From Candidatus Scatosoma sp. (GTDB lineage: Bacteria; Bacillota; Clostridia; Christensenellales; Borkfalkiaceae), in contig JAZSHX010000019.1 in the NCBI GenBank assembly GCA_045533485.1, positions 8,300-72,299 of the forward strand: DNA of 64,000 bases, read 5' to 3'. Under the pieces are notes generated by a model that saw only the letters and a program-made list of their open reading frames with translations, ran no database searches and had not been told where the DNA came from. The position numbers and the translations under genes were made by a program. Below, piece after piece: positions 1 to 9,291 of this stretch. Numbering within the stretch: position 1 is the first letter of the stretch; each line of letters opens with the position of its first letter.

Positions 1-60
1 CGCTTTATTTTCAAACGTGTAACCAAGCTTTTTTTCTATCTCTGCGTAGGGCAGTTTCAT
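1..60 (-). CDS. rnc: ribonuclease III, first 20 codons only (gene continues past the left edge)
   Basis: Reverse complement of 1..60 reads MKLPYAEIEKKLGYTFENKA, the conserved RNase III N-terminus (LE.KLGY.F.N). Its ATG overlaps the plsX stop as ATGA. Absent from the ORF track because it is truncated. Confidence 0.5.
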   Translation of the reverse strand, partial: MKLPYAEIEKKLGYTFENKA

Positions 61-1106
61 GCGTTTGCCTCACTGCCTTGCGCCGCAAGCGCAATTTCGT
101 CCATATCGATGCCGTCCAGCATCGCTTTGATTTTATCGGGCAAATTGCCGCGAGCCGCCGCCGCCGCTTGTTCTATACACACGGAGAAGCCGCGCGCCTT
201 GGAATTGCCATGCCCTTTAACAACGGGTTTGGTAAGCCCCAAGAACGTTGCGCCGCCCTTGCCTTCATAATCCATCGACTTTTTAATGTTTTTAATAACA
301 CCGCTCGAAACAACCGCGCCAAGCATCGTGAAAATATTGCGTTTGAATTCGTTTTTCATAATGGTAGAAATGGCTTTCGCACAGCCTTCCACCGATTTGG
401 TGGCAATGTTACCCGTGAAACCGTCGCAAACCATAACGTCGATATCGCCGTACATCAAATCACGCCCTTCTACGTTGCCTACATAGCGGATACAGTCAAT
501 CTTTTTCAAAACTGCGTTGGTTTCCTGTTGCAGGGCAAGCCCCTTGTGGTCTTCCGTACCGTTATTCAACAGCCCCACCTTGGGATTTTCCACGCCGAAT
601 ACCGTTTGCGCGTACGCCGACGCCATCAGCGCAAAATGCACCAAGTTGATGGGCTTGCACTCTAAGTTCGCGCCGCAATCGCAAATGAGCGTGGGTTCTC
701 CGCGGTAGTTGGGGATAGCAGGACAAAGCGCAGGACGGGAAACCCCCTTGATGCGCCCCAAGATAAGCACGCCTGCCGTAAGCACTGCGCCCGTCGAACC
801 GGACGAAACCAACCCGTCCGCTTTGCCGTCTTTGAGCAAGCGGAACGCAACCACAAGAGAAGAATCTTTCTTGGTTTTCACCGCTTTCGTCGGCACTTCT
901 TCCATCGTAATCACTTCCGTCGTATGTACGATTTCCAAGCGCGAAGCGTCATATTTGTATTTTGCAAGCTCCGCTTTGATTTGCGCTTCGTCGCCCGTCA
1001 AAATCAAGCTCAGCTCCTTATCTTCGTTTAACGCTTTTACGCAGCCTTGCACCTGCTGTGCAGGTGCAAAATCGCCGCCCATCGCGTCTACTACGATTTT
1101 TACCAT
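57..1106 (-). CDS. plsX: phosphate acyltransferase PlsX
   Basis: ORF 57..1130. MVKIVVDAMGGDFAP N-terminus and SSGSTGA motif are typical of PlsX. Start moved to ATG 1106, preceded by AAGGAG. Confidence 0.95.
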   Translation of the reverse strand: MVKIVVDAMGGDFAPAQQVQGCVKALNEDKELSLILTGDEAQIKAELAKYKYDASRLEIVHTTEVITMEEVPTKAVKTKKDSSLVVAFRLLKDGKADGLVSSGSTGAVLTAGVLILGRIKGVSRPALCPAIPNYRGEPTLICDCGANLECKPINLVHFALMASAYAQTVFGVENPKVGLLNNGTEDHKGLALQQETNAVLKKIDCIRYVGNVEGRDLMYGDIDVMVCDGFTGNIATKSVEGCAKAISTIMKNEFKRNIFTMLGAVVSSGVIKNIKKSMDYEGKGGATFLGLTKPVVKGHGNSKARGFSVCIEQAAAAARGNLPDKIKAMLDGIDMDEIALAAQGSEANA

Positions 1107-1119
1107 ATTTTTTTTCTCC

Positions 1120-2514
1120 TTAAAATTCAAGATTAGATACCGTTCTGGGGAAGGGAATTACGTCGCGGATATTTGCAACGCCCGTCAAGTACATAACCAT
1201 TCTTTCAAAGCCCAAGCCAAAGCCCGCGTGGGTTGCGCCGCCGTACTTTCTAAGGTTGAGATACCAGTCTTCCGCAGGCACGCCGCATTCTTGCATTCTT
1301 TGCTTTAATTTATCGTAATCGTCTTCTCTTTGCGAACCGCCGATAAGCTCCCCTACGCCGGGCACGAGCAAGTCTGCCGCCGCCACCGTTTTTCCGTCGG
1401 GGTTTTGCTTCATATAATAGGACTTGATTTCCTTGGGATAATCGGTCAGGAACAACGGCTTTTTATACACTTGTTCCGCCAAGAAGCGTTCGTGTTCGCT
1501 TTGTAAATCCTTGCCCCAGAAAATATTTTTATCGTCGAATTTGTCCGCGTTTTTCTTCAAAATTTCAATGGCTTCCGTGTAAGAAAGGCGCACGAAATCG
1601 TTGTTTTCCACGTTGTCTAAGCGTTCCAAAAGCTCTTTATCTACAAATTGATTTAAGAAGTTGAGCTCGTCGGGGCAAGTGGTGCGCACGTGGTGAATAA
1701 TAAATTTCACCATATCTTCCGCAACGTCCATATCCCCTTTCAAATCGCAAAACGCCATTTCCGGCTCAATCATCCAAAATTCCGCCGCGTGACGGGACGT
1801 GTTGGAGTTTTCACTGCGGAAAGTAGGGCCAAACGTGTAAATGTTGGAAAACGCCATCGCAAACGTTTCACCGTGCAGTTGCCCCGAACCCGTTACGCTT
1901 GCTTTTTTGTTGAAGAAATCCTTTTTATAATCTACGCCGTCTAAATTTTTCGCCTTTGCAAGCGCGTCTAAATCCAGCGTGGTGATTTGGAACATACCGC
2001 CCGCGCCTTCGCAGTCGCTGCCCGTAATAATGGGCGTATGCACGTACACAAACCCTCTATCGTTGAAGAATTTATGAATAGCGAACGCCGCTTCGCTTCT
2101 AATTCTAAACACTGCGCCGAACAAGTTGGTTCTAGGGCGCAGGTAGGCAATTTCGCGCAAAAATTCTACGGAGTGGCGTTTCTTTTGTAAAGGATAATCG
2201 GGCGTCGATTCCCCTTCTACGTAAATTTCTTCCGCCTTGATTTCATAGGGTTGTTTATTTTCAGGCGTGAGCACTACCGTACCTTTTACGATAAGCGCCA
2301 TACCCACGTTGCCTTTGGCAATTTCGTCGTAGTTTGCAAGATTTGCTCTTTCAAACACGATTTGCGTGCTCTTAAAACAGCTGCCGTCATTGAGTTCGAT
2401 AAAGCCGAACGCCTTGGAATCACGAATAGTTCTTGCCCAGCCTGCAACGGTGACCGTTTTACCGCCGTACGCTTGCAATTCTTCGTTGAGTTGTTTGAGT
2501 TGAATTCTATCCAT
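1120..2514 (-). CDS. asnS: asparagine--tRNA ligase
   Basis: 464 aa. N-terminal OB fold ([23 protein letters not shown]) and class II core ending [15 protein letters not shown]. Length and motifs fit AsnRS. Confidence 0.93.
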   Translation of the reverse strand: MDRIQLKQLNEELQAYGGKTVTVAGWARTIRDSKAFGFIELNDGSCFKSTQIVFERANLANYDEIAKGNVGMALIVKGTVVLTPENKQPYEIKAEEIYVEGESTPDYPLQKKRHSVEFLREIAYLRPRTNLFGAVFRIRSEAAFAIHKFFNDRGFVYVHTPIITGSDCEGAGGMFQITTLDLDALAKAKNLDGVDYKKDFFNKKASVTGSGQLHGETFAMAFSNIYTFGPTFRSENSNTSRHAAEFWMIEPEMAFCDLKGDMDVAEDMVKFIIHHVRTTCPDELNFLNQFVDKELLERLDNVENNDFVRLSYTEAIEILKKNADKFDDKNIFWGKDLQSEHERFLAEQVYKKPLFLTDYPKEIKSYYMKQNPDGKTVAAADLLVPGVGELIGGSQREDDYDKLKQRMQECGVPAEDWYLNLRKYGGATHAGFGLGFERMVMYLTGVANIRDVIPFPRTVSNLEF

Positions 2515-2590
2515 ACTAAACCTGCCTTTCGTTTGGGAAAAACGCTACTTTTTACGTATACGTAAACACTTCCCGATTTTATACATAGTC

Positions 2591-2619
2591 ATTATACCAT
2601 TTTTCCCATAAAAAGACAA
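2591..2619 (-). promoter_or_regulatory. sigma-A type promoter for asnS (TTGTCT-17-TATAAT with TG extension)
   Basis: Minus-strand TTGTCT (2614..2619), 17-nt spacer, TGgTATAAT (-10 at 2591..2596), about 75 nt upstream of the asnS ATG. Confidence 0.5.
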
Positions 2620-2633
2620 GCGCTTGGACGCAT

Positions 2634-3428
2634 TTATTCGCCCGTATTCTCAATTTTTTTAACGATTATGCCCTGTATAGGTTGATAAACGTCTTCGCGC
2701 AGGCGCTTGCGCGCAACCAGCTTATCGCCGAAATACCGTTCTAAATACGCTTCGCTTTTCACACCGTTCTTTGGCGAACGCAAAATTTGCTCTGTTTCCC
2801 CCTGCTTTACGATAGGCGCAGGCGGTACAATTTCCTCTAAAACGTTGGACACGATTTCATATCTATACCCGTCGCGCGTCCCCAAAAAGCTTACGCATAG
2901 CCGCCCGTCCTTTGCCGTGGCAATCAACCGCACGGGAAAGGGATGGGGGTTGGTAAAGCGCAAATCGCTTTGCGACGAAACCATAGCGTCGCGCGACGGC
3001 GACACATAGCCCACACGCAAGGAGTGCGGATGAAATTCCGTCACCGCCAAGCCCGATTTCAACGCCGCATTGTACACCGTGGTGCTCACTTGGCAAACGC
3101 CGCCGCCCACCCCCAAAACGTATTCCCCGTTGACGATGATTTTCGCTTGCTTAAACCCTGCTTCGTTCGTGCGCCGCCCCACCGTTTGATTGAAAGAAAA
3201 ATCGCCGTACGCCTGCACGGTAATGCCACTGATAAGCCCTGCCGCGATAGCGATATTTTGCGAACGGGCGCTTTCCGTTTTGTCGTAATACGTGGTGTAG
3301 GACGCAATCGTTTCAAACGTATACGCACGCGCGCAAACGCAAGGAAAAGGAAAAAAAAGCCAACAAAAAAACGCGCTTGAAAGCAAAAGCGCGCAATTTT
3401 TTTTGAAATGGCGAAAGCGTTTTTTCAT
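2634..3428 (-). CDS. VanW domain-containing protein (membrane anchored)
   Basis: ORF 2634..3503. N-terminal hydrophobic anchor after MKKRFRHFKK, and a VanW-like core (GGGVCQVSTTVYNAALKSGL..EFHPHS). Start moved to ATG 3428. Confidence 0.8.
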   Translation of the reverse strand: MKKRFRHFKKNCALLLSSAFFCWLFFPFPCVCARAYTFETIASYTTYYDKTESARSQNIAIAAGLISGITVQAYGDFSFNQTVGRRTNEAGFKQAKIIVNGEYVLGVGGGVCQVSTTVYNAALKSGLAVTEFHPHSLRVGYVSPSRDAMVSSQSDLRFTNPHPFPVRLIATAKDGRLCVSFLGTRDGYRYEIVSNVLEEIVPPAPIVKQGETEQILRSPKNGVKSEAYLERYFGDKLVARKRLREDVYQPIQGIIVKKIENTGE

Positions 3429-3569
3429 ATCTTGCCCCCCTTGTATATGTACCGTCAAAAACATAGGGGCAGGTACGCGTTGAAAAATATTCAATGCGTA
3501 CATGGTATACTTGTTTTACTTTTTCTACTATGTGACAATTACACAGAAAATATGCGCAAATTAAGTGTT

Positions 3570-4655
3570 TTACGGCTTAATCGCGCCTTTTTCTATGCGG
3601 ATTTTATTGCAATCTTTTGTTTGCAACACTCTTTCTGCGTGCGTGCAAGTCAAAAGCGTTTGTACACCCGAAATGCACTGCAACAATTTCTTCCTGCGCG
3701 GCAAATCCAGCTCGCTCATCACGTCGTCCAAAATCAAGATAGGCGTTTCCCCCGAAACTTCCTTGAATATTTCCAGCTCGGCAAGCTTTAACGCCAAAGC
3801 GCAGGTGCGCGTTTGTCCTTGCGACGCATACGATTTTGCATCGACGCCCGAAATGGCAACCGACAAATCGTCGCGGTGCGGTCCTACCGTCGTAAAGCCA
3901 AGGCGCAAATCCTTTTCGTAATATCTTTCCAGCTTACCTAAAAGCGACTTGGCAATTTGCTCTTCCGTGCCTTGGTATCCCCCTTCCAACTTGACGGTCA
4001 GCTCTTCCGCGTTATCCGTCAAAAACGCGTGCATTTTTTGCGCGTAAGGGGCTAATTTTTCCAAAAATTCCACACGCTTTTTAATGATAACCGCCGCGTA
4101 TTTACAAAGCTGTTCATCCCAAACGGGCAATGTATCCAAAACCAGCGTAACGTCAGGATTTTTCAAAAGCGCGTTGCGTTGGTCCAAAATTTTATTGTAG
4201 CGCAAAAGCGCCGTGTAATAGGCAGGCGAAGTTTGCGCGATAGACAAGTTCATAAACCGACGGCGTTCGTCCGGCCCGTCTTGAATTAAACGCAGTTCCC
4301 CAGGAGAGAAAAATACACTGTTGACGTGCCCCATCAAATCGGCGTTTTTGTTGATTTTGCTGCCGTTGACGCGGATTTCCCTGCCGTTTTCACGAATAAT
4401 CGCCTGCAAGGTGACGTTGCCGTATTTATTTTCCGCTTCGGCGGTGATCACCGCTTGCTCCGCGCCCATTTTAATCAGCTGTTTGTCGTGGCGAATACGC
4501 AGCGACGCGCCCGTACAAAGGTAGAAAACGGCTTCGGCGCAGTTGGTTTTACCCTGTGCGTTTTTTCCAAAAAGCACGTTCAAACCACGTTCAAACGTAA
4601 ACGTTTCCCACTGATAATTTCTAAAATTTTGCAAGAATAATTTTTTTATTTGCAT
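3570..4655 (-). CDS. recF: DNA replication/repair protein RecF
   Basis: MQIKKLFLQNFRNY N-terminus, Walker A GKNAQGKTN and C-terminal LILDDVMSELD. Start taken at ATG 4655 rather than the upstream TTG. Confidence 0.93.
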   Translation of the reverse strand: MQIKKLFLQNFRNYQWETFTFERGLNVLFGKNAQGKTNCAEAVFYLCTGASLRIRHDKQLIKMGAEQAVITAEAENKYGNVTLQAIIRENGREIRVNGSKINKNADLMGHVNSVFFSPGELRLIQDGPDERRRFMNLSIAQTSPAYYTALLRYNKILDQRNALLKNPDVTLVLDTLPVWDEQLCKYAAVIIKKRVEFLEKLAPYAQKMHAFLTDNAEELTVKLEGGYQGTEEQIAKSLLGKLERYYEKDLRLGFTTVGPHRDDLSVAISGVDAKSYASQGQTRTCALALKLAELEIFKEVSGETPILILDDVMSELDLPRRKKLLQCISGVQTLLTCTHAERVLQTKDCNKIRIEKGAIKP

Positions 4656-4789
4656 AATCTTGAATAACCCGCCCAAAATCGCTTTCTTTTCCGCGCGATT
4701 TGTATTATAATTATATCAAATAATTTAGAAAATTACAAGGTATAAACAGCGAAAAGGTAAAAAATAATTTACACAAGGGGAAAAACGAC

Positions 4790-6124
4790 ATGGCAGAACA
4801 TTCGCAATTACAATTTGTGTGGAAACAAATTTCCGAACGGGCGCAAAATATCATTCCGCCCATTTCCTACAATCACTTATTCAAGGATTTGGAGCCGGTA
4901 GATATTGCCGGCAGGAAAATCGTACTCAAATGCCCCACCGAAATCAACGCTATGTCCATTTCCACGAAATTTGCAGACGCGTTGAAAACGGCGATCGTGA
5001 AAAGCGAATGCGGCGTAGTCGATTTCCGTTTATACGTAGAAGGCAGCGACACGTTCACGTTGGAAGCGGAAGAAGACGCGTTCGGCGCGTTCCCCCCGTC
5101 GCCTATCAATAAGCAATTCACGTTTGATTCGTTCGTAGTCGGCCCCGGGAGCAAGCTTGCCTACGCGGCGGCAAAAGCCGTAGCGGAAGCCCCCGGCGCG
5201 GTGTTCAACCCCCTGTTTATCTACGGAGAATCGGGGCTTGGCAAAACGCACCTTATGCACGCCATCGCCAACGAAATCGAAAAGAAATCACCCGAAAAGA
5301 AAGTGCTTTACACCACTTGCGAAAATTTCTTAAACGAATTTATCGATTCCATCACGCAAAAAAGCGGCGCGCGGTTTAGACTGCATTACCGCAACGTAGA
5401 CGTTTTGATGATTGACGACGTGCAGTTTTTGAAAAACAAAACGCAAGTGCAGGAAGAATTTTTCCACACCTTCAACGAATTGTCGGCGCAAAACAAGCAA
5501 ATCGTACTCACCTGCGACCGTCCGCCCAAGGAAATCGCAACGTTGGAAGACAGACTTCGCACGCGCTTTGAAGGCGGTATGATTGCGGATATTCAACCCC
5601 CTTCGCAGGAAACGAAAATCGCCATTTTGAAACGCAAGGCACTGGATAGAAAGTGCATCGTCCCCGAAGAAGTGCTTGACTTTTTGGCAAGCGATTCCGG
5701 CCACGACGTAAGAACGCTGGAAGGCAGATTGACGAAAGTGATTTTCGCAAGCCGTTTGCACGAAGAGCCCATTTCGCTCTCCCTTGCCAAGCTGGCTTTG
5801 TCGGAAGCGGTCAACGACACGGAAGAACAGGAAGACGTCACGCCCGAAAAAATCATCGCGGCGGTTTGCGGCTATTTCAAGCAAAGAAAGGAAGACTTGC
5901 TTGGCAAAGGCAAGAAAGCAGACTTAGTAAAAGCGCGCCAAATTTGCGCGTATTTAATGTGCGAAATGCTCTCCCTGCCCCTTGTATCGGTAGGCAACGC
6001 GCTGGGCGGCCGCGACCACACGACGATTATGTATGCGCGCGATAAAATGGAAAGCTTGCTCAAATTAAACGAAAAAATCGCAAAAGAAATCGACGATATT
6101 AAAAATATCGTACTCAAACAATAA
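4790..6124 (+). CDS. dnaA: chromosomal replication initiator protein DnaA
   Basis: 444 aa. AAA+ Walker A GESGLGKTHL, and domain IV (ARQICAYLMCEML..GGRDHTTIMYA). AAGGGGA ribosome-binding site upstream. Confidence 0.95.
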   Translation: MAEHSQLQFVWKQISERAQNIIPPISYNHLFKDLEPVDIAGRKIVLKCPTEINAMSISTKFADALKTAIVKSECGVVDFRLYVEGSDTFTLEAEEDAFGAFPPSPINKQFTFDSFVVGPGSKLAYAAAKAVAEAPGAVFNPLFIYGESGLGKTHLMHAIANEIEKKSPEKKVLYTTCENFLNEFIDSITQKSGARFRLHYRNVDVLMIDDVQFLKNKTQVQEEFFHTFNELSAQNKQIVLTCDRPPKEIATLEDRLRTRFEGGMIADIQPPSQETKIAILKRKALDRKCIVPEEVLDFLASDSGHDVRTLEGRLTKVIFASRLHEEPISLSLAKLALSEAVNDTEEQEDVTPEKIIAAVCGYFKQRKEDLLGKGKKADLVKARQICAYLMCEMLSLPLVSVGNALGGRDHTTIMYARDKMESLLKLNEKIAKEIDDIKNIVLKQ

Positions 6125-6130
6125 AAAAGT

Positions 6131-8008
6131 ATGTCAAAAGTCACGGTGGAATTTTTAGAATATGCCGCGGAAGCGGTCGTTGTAGGCGCAGGTCACGCAG
6201 GTTGTGAAGCTGCGCTTGCTTTGGCGCGCACGGGCATTAAAACGGCGCTTCTTACGCTCAATTTAGACAGCATCGCGTTTTTGCCCTGCAATCCGTCCAT
6301 CGGCGGCACGGCAAAAGGGCATTTGGTGCGTGAAATCGATGCGCTGGGCGGTCAAATGGGCATCGTAGCCGACGACACCGCCTTGCAAATTCGAATGCTC
6401 AACGTCGGCAAAGGCGCGGCAGTGCAATCCTTACGCGCGCAGTCGGACAAAAACGCCTACCACCGCGCGATGAAGCAGGTGCTGGAAAACACGGAAAATT
6501 TACGCGTAATGCAGGCGGAAGCGACGGAAATTTTAACGGAAAACGGCGCGGTAAGCGGCGTAAAAACCAACTACGGCGGCATTATCACCTGCAAAGCGGT
6601 TATTCTTTGTACGGGCGTGTACTTAAACGGCGAAACGATCACGGGCGAAGTGGTACAAAAATCCGGCCCGAACGGTTTTGCGCCTGCCAACCATTTGACG
6701 GACAGCTTGATAAAGCTTGGCTTCAACGTGCGCCGTTTCAAAACGGGTACGCCTGCACGCTTAGACGGCAAAACGCTTTCGTATGAAAAGTGCGAAATTC
6801 AAAACGGCGACACGGACGTTTATCCGTTTTCCTTTATGCACGATAAAACGCCCGAAAGCAAGCTGCCCTGCTATTTAACCTACACCAACCAAACCACGCA
6901 CGATATTATCCTGCAAAACTTAGACCGCTCCCCCTTGTATAACGGCACGATTTCATCGACAGGCCCCAGATACTGCCCGTCCATCGAAACCAAGGTCGTC
7001 CGTTTCAAGGACAAGGAACGCCATCAAATTTTCTTAGAGCCCGAAGGCGCGGACACAAACGAAGTGTACGTGCAAGGGCTGTCTACGTCCATGCCCCACG
7101 ACGTACAGCACGCGATGTACAACTCCGTGGCAGGGCTGGAAAACGCCGTGTTTACGCGTTACGGCTATGCGATTGAATACGACTGTATCGACACCTTAGA
7201 CGTGTTGCCGACCTTGGAATTTAAGAAGGTACAAGGCGTTTACACGGCAGGTCAAATCAACGGCACGTCGGGCTACGAAGAAGCGGCGGCACAAGGGCTG
7301 ATGGCAGGCTTGAACGCGTCGCTGAAACTGCGCGGACTCCCCCCCTTTATCCTGCGCCGCGACGAAGCGTATATCGGAGTGCTTATCGACGATTTGGTAA
7401 CCAAAGGCACGGACGAGCCCTACCGTATGATGACTTCGCGCGCGGAGCATAGAATTTGTCTGCGCCAAGACAACGCCGATTTCCGCTTGACGGAGAAAGG
7501 CAAGCAGGTGGGTTTGGTCACGGAAGAACGCTATCAAAGATATCTGCAAAGAAAGGAAAAATACGAACAGTTACTCACTTCGTTGCGTACACGCCTGCCC
7601 CAAAAGGACGTTGCGCCGTTTTTGGAGCAGTACGGCTACGACAAGCCCTGCGGCGGCGTTTCGTATGCGGATATGTTAAAACGCTCCATTTCCTTAAAGG
7701 ATATTATGGCGCATTTCCACGTGTTTGAAGAATACGATAAAAACGTGTTGGAAACGGCGGAAATCACCGTCAAATACGAAGGGTACTTAAAACAGGGCTT
7801 GGAAATGATAGAACGCGCCAAGCGCTTGGAAGAAAAAACCTTGCCTGCCGATTTGGATTACGACCAAATTTTAGGGCTTAGGTTGGAAGCACGGGAAAAG
7901 CTCAACCAAATCAAGCCGTTAAACCTTGGCCAAGCAGGCAGAATTTCGGGTGTCAACCCTGCGGACGTGTCCGTGTTGATGGTTTGGCTTTCTACGCAAA
8001 AACAATAA
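6131..8008 (+). CDS. mnmG: tRNA uridine-5-carboxymethylaminomethyl synthesis enzyme MnmG (GidA)
   Basis: 625 aa. FAD-binding GAGHAGCEAALA, with typical MnmG length and C-terminal helical domain. Confidence 0.95.
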   Translation: MSKVTVEFLEYAAEAVVVGAGHAGCEAALALARTGIKTALLTLNLDSIAFLPCNPSIGGTAKGHLVREIDALGGQMGIVADDTALQIRMLNVGKGAAVQSLRAQSDKNAYHRAMKQVLENTENLRVMQAEATEILTENGAVSGVKTNYGGIITCKAVILCTGVYLNGETITGEVVQKSGPNGFAPANHLTDSLIKLGFNVRRFKTGTPARLDGKTLSYEKCEIQNGDTDVYPFSFMHDKTPESKLPCYLTYTNQTTHDIILQNLDRSPLYNGTISSTGPRYCPSIETKVVRFKDKERHQIFLEPEGADTNEVYVQGLSTSMPHDVQHAMYNSVAGLENAVFTRYGYAIEYDCIDTLDVLPTLEFKKVQGVYTAGQINGTSGYEEAAAQGLMAGLNASLKLRGLPPFILRRDEAYIGVLIDDLVTKGTDEPYRMMTSRAEHRICLRQDNADFRLTEKGKQVGLVTEERYQRYLQRKEKYEQLLTSLRTRLPQKDVAPFLEQYGYDKPCGGVSYADMLKRSISLKDIMAHFHVFEEYDKNVLETAEITVKYEGYLKQGLEMIERAKRLEEKTLPADLDYDQILGLRLEAREKLNQIKPLNLGQAGRISGVNPADVSVLMVWLSTQKQ

Positions 8009-8019
8009 GGGGAAACTGT

Positions 8020-8952
8020 ATGGTAAAATATTCAATCGTCGTGCCTGCTTATAACGAAGAACAATCGTTGCAGCTTTTCTACGACGCCGTAACGCCGAAA
8101 ATGGACAGTTTGGGCGAAGAATACGAAATGATTTTCGTAAACGACGGCAGCAGGGATGCAACGAAAGACATTTTACGCGCGCTTTGCGAAAAGGACAAGC
8201 GCGTGAAAGCGGCGAACTTTTCACGCAATTTCGGGCAACAAGCCGCCCTGCTTTGCGGACTGCGCCTTGCCCAAGGTCAAGCGGTAATCGCTATGGACGC
8301 CGATTTGCAAGATCCGCCCGAAGTGGCACTGCAAATGATAGAAAAATGGAAGGACGGCTACCAAGTGGTACACGGCAAACGCCGCGCAAGACAAGGCGAA
8401 AGCGCGTTCAAAAAACGCACCGCGTCCCTTTTTTATAAAATGGCGCGCAAATGGACGAATATCGATATTCCGCAATCGGTGGGCGATTTCAAGCTGTACG
8501 ACAGAGCCGTGGTAGACACCATTTTGTCGCTACCCGAACACGATCGGCTTTTGCGCGTGCAAACGGCGTGGGTGGGCTTTTCGCAAACGGAAGTGGAATT
8601 TGACCGCCCTGAGCGCATCGCAGGTCAAACGCATTACACCTTGAAAAAGATGCTTGCGCTTGCCAAAGCAGGCATTTTCCCCAACACCCAAAAAACGCTT
8701 TCTTTGCCCTTAAAAACGGGCATTGCGCTGACGGCTTTAAGCGTGTGCTGTTTCGCCGTTTTCGCCGTTTTAGCGTGCGCAAACGTGTGGTTTGGCGGTT
8801 TGACGGCGTGGCTGTTCCCTGCTATCGGTTTGGCGACGGGCTTGATTTTATGCGGACAGGGTATGGCGAATATCCACGTGGGCATGATTTATAAGGAAGT
8901 GCAAAATCGGCCGCAATATATCGTGGACGAAACGTTTAATTTGGATAAATAA
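8020..8952 (+). CDS. family 2 glycosyltransferase, GtrB/polyprenyl-phosphate glycosyltransferase-like, with C-terminal TM helices
   Basis: ORF 7984..8952. VVPAYNEE, NDGSRD and DADLQDPPE motifs plus two C-terminal hydrophobic helices. Start moved to ATG 8020 (AAGGGGA upstream). Confidence 0.88.
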   Translation: MVKYSIVVPAYNEEQSLQLFYDAVTPKMDSLGEEYEMIFVNDGSRDATKDILRALCEKDKRVKAANFSRNFGQQAALLCGLRLAQGQAVIAMDADLQDPPEVALQMIEKWKDGYQVVHGKRRARQGESAFKKRTASLFYKMARKWTNIDIPQSVGDFKLYDRAVVDTILSLPEHDRLLRVQTAWVGFSQTEVEFDRPERIAGQTHYTLKKMLALAKAGIFPNTQKTLSLPLKTGIALTALSVCCFAVFAVLACANVWFGGLTAWLFPAIGLATGLILCGQGMANIHVGMIYKEVQNRPQYIVDETFNLDK

Positions 8953-8957
8953 TATAA

Positions 8958-8990
8958 GCCGCCTTTTTTTTATCGAAAGGCGGTTTTTTT
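8958..8990 (+). terminator. rho-independent terminator after the GT2 gene
   Basis: CCGCCTTT / AAAGGCGG stem followed by TTTTTTT. Confidence 0.8.
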
Positions 8991-8991
8991 G

Positions 8992-9030
8992 GGATTCTAT
9001 CACTTCACTGCGTTCCATTCCAGAATGACA
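8992..9030. repeat. copy of a ~40-nt intergenic repeat (family F: GAGATTCTATCGCTCCACTGCGTT.CGCTCCAGAATGACA)
   Basis: GGATTCTATCACTTCACTGCGTTCCATTCCAGAATGACA closely matches the copies at 12641..12680. Confidence 0.75.
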
Positions 9031-9204
9031 ATCCTCCCTTTTTCTCACGCAAGGTAAGGTGAGCCTTGCGTTCGGTCACCGCAAACGCGCCCTATGCGTT
9101 TGCTCATCTCGTCCCTAAAAAGCGTTATCAACGCTTTTCTTTACGGGCAACTCGTCCCCCTTTGCACAAGGGAAGGCATTTATTTACGAGCAACTGATAA
9201 CCCA

Positions 9205-9241
9205 TAACTAAAACGACCGCGGTGGAAAAATCCACCGCGGT
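9205..9241 (-). terminator. terminator of the Big_2 surface-protein gene
   Basis: ACCGCGGTGGA / TCCACCGCGGT stem (11 bp), followed on the minus strand by CGTTTTAGTT. Confidence 0.6.
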
Positions 9242-9291
9242 GTTTCTCATCACGCCCTTAAACAAGCGTTTTTATCTTTTGTGTTTTTTGC

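Noticed and set aside
2515-2633. T-box leaders upstream of asnS, and of alaS at 57413..57476
   Set aside because: The leaders are only about 30-75 nt after good promoters, and they contain no T-box sequence or terminator.
4656-4789. recF-dnaA intergenic spacer as oriC
   Set aside because: It is only 134 nt. It is AT-rich and holds plausible promoters, but I found no TTATCCACA-type box with one mismatch or fewer and no box cluster. It is kept as an open question in the findings rather than called as a feature.
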